Below, piece after piece: positions 31,901 through 33,596 of a stretch of DNA of 33,596 bases. The DNA is from Thraustochytrium aureum (lineage: Eukaryota). A program made the position numbers and the translations under genes. Below the pieces are notes generated by a model, which worked only from the letters and a program-made list of their open reading frames with translations, did not search any database and was not told where the DNA came from. Numbering within the stretch: the stretch's first letter is position 1; each line of letters opens with the position of its first letter. The DNA is taken from positions 195,628 to 229,223 of the forward strand of contig BLSG01000427.1 of assembly GCA_012862495.1 (NCBI GenBank), read 5' to 3'.

Positions 31901-33596
31901 GGACCAGGCGTGGGTGGTGCCAGCAGTAAAAAGGGTGACGCTAGTGCCGGGGCCGGCGTGTCAGGCGGCCGAGACGACCGCTTCGGAGGGCGAAACTCGC
32001 ACGTGGCTCGCGCTGGGCTCCGCCAAAACGGCATGCAGGGCTCGTCTCGCTCAAGAGCTAGCGAACCGTCGACCGGGGAGCCTCCCGAGAGCGCCGTGCT
32101 TCCGAGCGCTGCGACTCTGCTTTCGCTCCTCGGATATGCCAAGTACCGCCTGCACTTGTGCGCCAACGCAGAGAATCTGTTGCCCGGCGGCGGCCTGGCG
32201 GCGGAGCGCCGGTGGGAGGACGACGCGGGCGTCTGTGACGCAGGCTCAAAGCAGTGGCAGTCAATGCTCGCTTACCTCGTCTCGAGCGGGCTTTACCTAT
32301 TGAGCGTGTCGCTCGAGTTGGAGTTGCACGAGGCAGGTCGATTGAACGCGCAAGCGGACGCCGGCGCTGCGGACTCGAGCCGGCGCGGCCTGGGCCTGGG
32401 CGCGGTGGGGAATCTGCCCGCAGCCGCATGCGCCACTCTCGCAGAGCTCCATTCGAAGATGCCACTTGCATTCGACAAGTACCAGCAGTGCCTGGAGAAG
32501 TTTGGAGCGTATGACGCCGAGCTCTTCTCGGCGATGCGCGAGCGCATCGAGCGCGCCACGCGGCAGCTCTTGCGCCTGGCCGAAAGCGTGCCGCCGCTAG
32601 GAGTTGGGCCTGGGGGCGGACTCGCCCTCGAGGCTCGCCCCGACGGGGCTGATGACGCGCAGCTAGCTGTGCTTGGCAGCAGCAGTGGTTTGGGGACCCC
32701 ACAGTCGCACGATGAAGGGGGCCCCGTTTCCATTCGCAACGCGTTTGCCAGCCCTGCTGGGCCGCGTCTCGTACGCGAGATCACAGGAGGCGCGCCAGCG
32801 GGGGTTGTCGTCTGGCTGCACGGCGACTCGCGGAAAGACGCCTTTGGCTGGGAGTCGGTGTTTTCCAACTTTGACATGCCGCAGGTCCGCTTTGTCCTTC
32901 CGCATGTTTTGGACTTTGACCCGCCGCCTGTCGGGGCGGATGTCGAGGAAAAGGGCGTGTTGTGCTGGTACCGCAACGGGCGGGCAGTCGCGCCGAGCGG
33001 GCACGGCGGCGTTCGGTCCGCCGAGGCTCCGCTGCGGTCCAATCTGGATGCCGTGCGGGTGCTTCCAAACGCCCAGCAGACCGTGCAGTCGCTCCTGAAC
33101 GGCGTTTCCAACGCATTGTCGACTCGGTCGCCCGCGGACCTGCGAGCGATCGGCGAGCTCTTTGCCGTCGTGAGTTGCCAGAACGAGGACAGGGCCGAGA
33201 TCATTGCTGCGGCGGAGCGTGTCAAGGAGGTCGTGGCTGGGCAGATCGCGCAAGGCGTGGATCCCAGCAAGATCATTATCGGCGGCTTTCAGCGCGGGGG
33301 GTCGCTGGCGTTGCTGGTGAGCCTGCTTTTAGCGATGGACCGGACCCCGGTCGTGCTCGGCAGCGTGGTGGCGATCAACGCGCACCTGCCTTTGGCCAAC
33401 GAGTTTGCTCTGGCCTTTGCACAGGCGATCGCAAAGCGGCGCAGTGCTGCTGCGGGGTCCTCGCAGGGCCAGGGGCTCCTCGGCTGCGGAAGTGAAGCCG
33501 CCCCTTCATGCTTTCCCTCCCCGATCGTGCTTCGAGCTGCTGGCAGCGACTCTGTTGTGGACCCCACCTTGGGCCGAGCTCACAGCCCGCGCCCTG
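25989..33596 (+). CDS. Nup188-like scaffold nucleoporin with C-terminal acyl-protein thioesterase-like domain; two gaps, several frameshifts, 3' partial
   Basis: Long leucine-rich helical solenoid with segments resembling Nup188 as I recall it: RRYGPSYLHDTELL...NESLADTQLMLLRSWK (29104-29250) and GY..RGERDPAHLVWC (~31000-31049). Frame corrections are needed at ~30755-30813, ~31000 and ~31580. Frame +2 is then open to the window end. Whether 25989-26391 is the N-terminus of this gene is inferred across a gap. Confidence 0.65.
32790..33596 (+). other. APT1/LYPLA-type alpha/beta hydrolase (Abhydrolase_2) domain lacking the catalytic Ser
   Basis: Frame +2 translation: GVVVWLHGD...GWESVF...PQVRFVLPH...CWY...EDRAEIIAAAERVKEVVAGQIAQGVDPSKIIIGGFQRGGSLAL...LGSVVAINAHLPL...AGSDSVV. 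This is colinear with APT1 ([84 protein letters not shown]). Confidence 0.85.

Noticed and set aside
1..33596. Functional gene cluster (chromatin/nuclear genes Med28, MRNIP, RING, HDAC, Nup188)
   Set aside because: These genes are interspersed with unrelated mitochondrial, peroxisomal and transport genes, which is ordinary compact eukaryotic gene order. There is no evidence of a co-regulated system.

Overview
GC-rich, gene-dense eukaryotic genomic DNA from a gapped draft assembly. It is not prokaryotic: it has short GT-AG introns with a GCTGAC branch point, a peroxisomal PTS1 protein and a nucleoporin. A protist, possibly a stramenopile such as a thraustochytrid, is my inference only. About 11 protein genes can be read: Med28-like (+), eIF1A (-), NDUFB10 (+), an ABCC/MRP transporter (-), MRNIP-like (-), a large HTH/RST-like/TAZ-like/RING protein (-), a membrane-anchored TTL-like protein (-), peroxisomal 2,4-dienoyl-CoA reductase (+), a MOB kinase activator (+), an ankyrin-HDAC (-) and a very large Nup188-like gene (+) that runs off the right end. 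Several genes are broken by single-base frameshifts at homopolymer runs, most likely sequencing errors, and one N-gap is a false gap with 34-nt overlapping flanks. The most unusual item is missing from the ORF track because it has no stop codon in the window. The Nup188-like reading frame continues without a stop from about 31580 to the window end into an acyl-protein-thioesterase (APT1/LYPLA)-like domain whose nucleophile motif GFSQG reads GFQRG. The same gene also carries a split SAM-like insert and a degenerate EF-hand-like insert. No rRNA, tRNA, CRISPR or recognisable mobile element was found.
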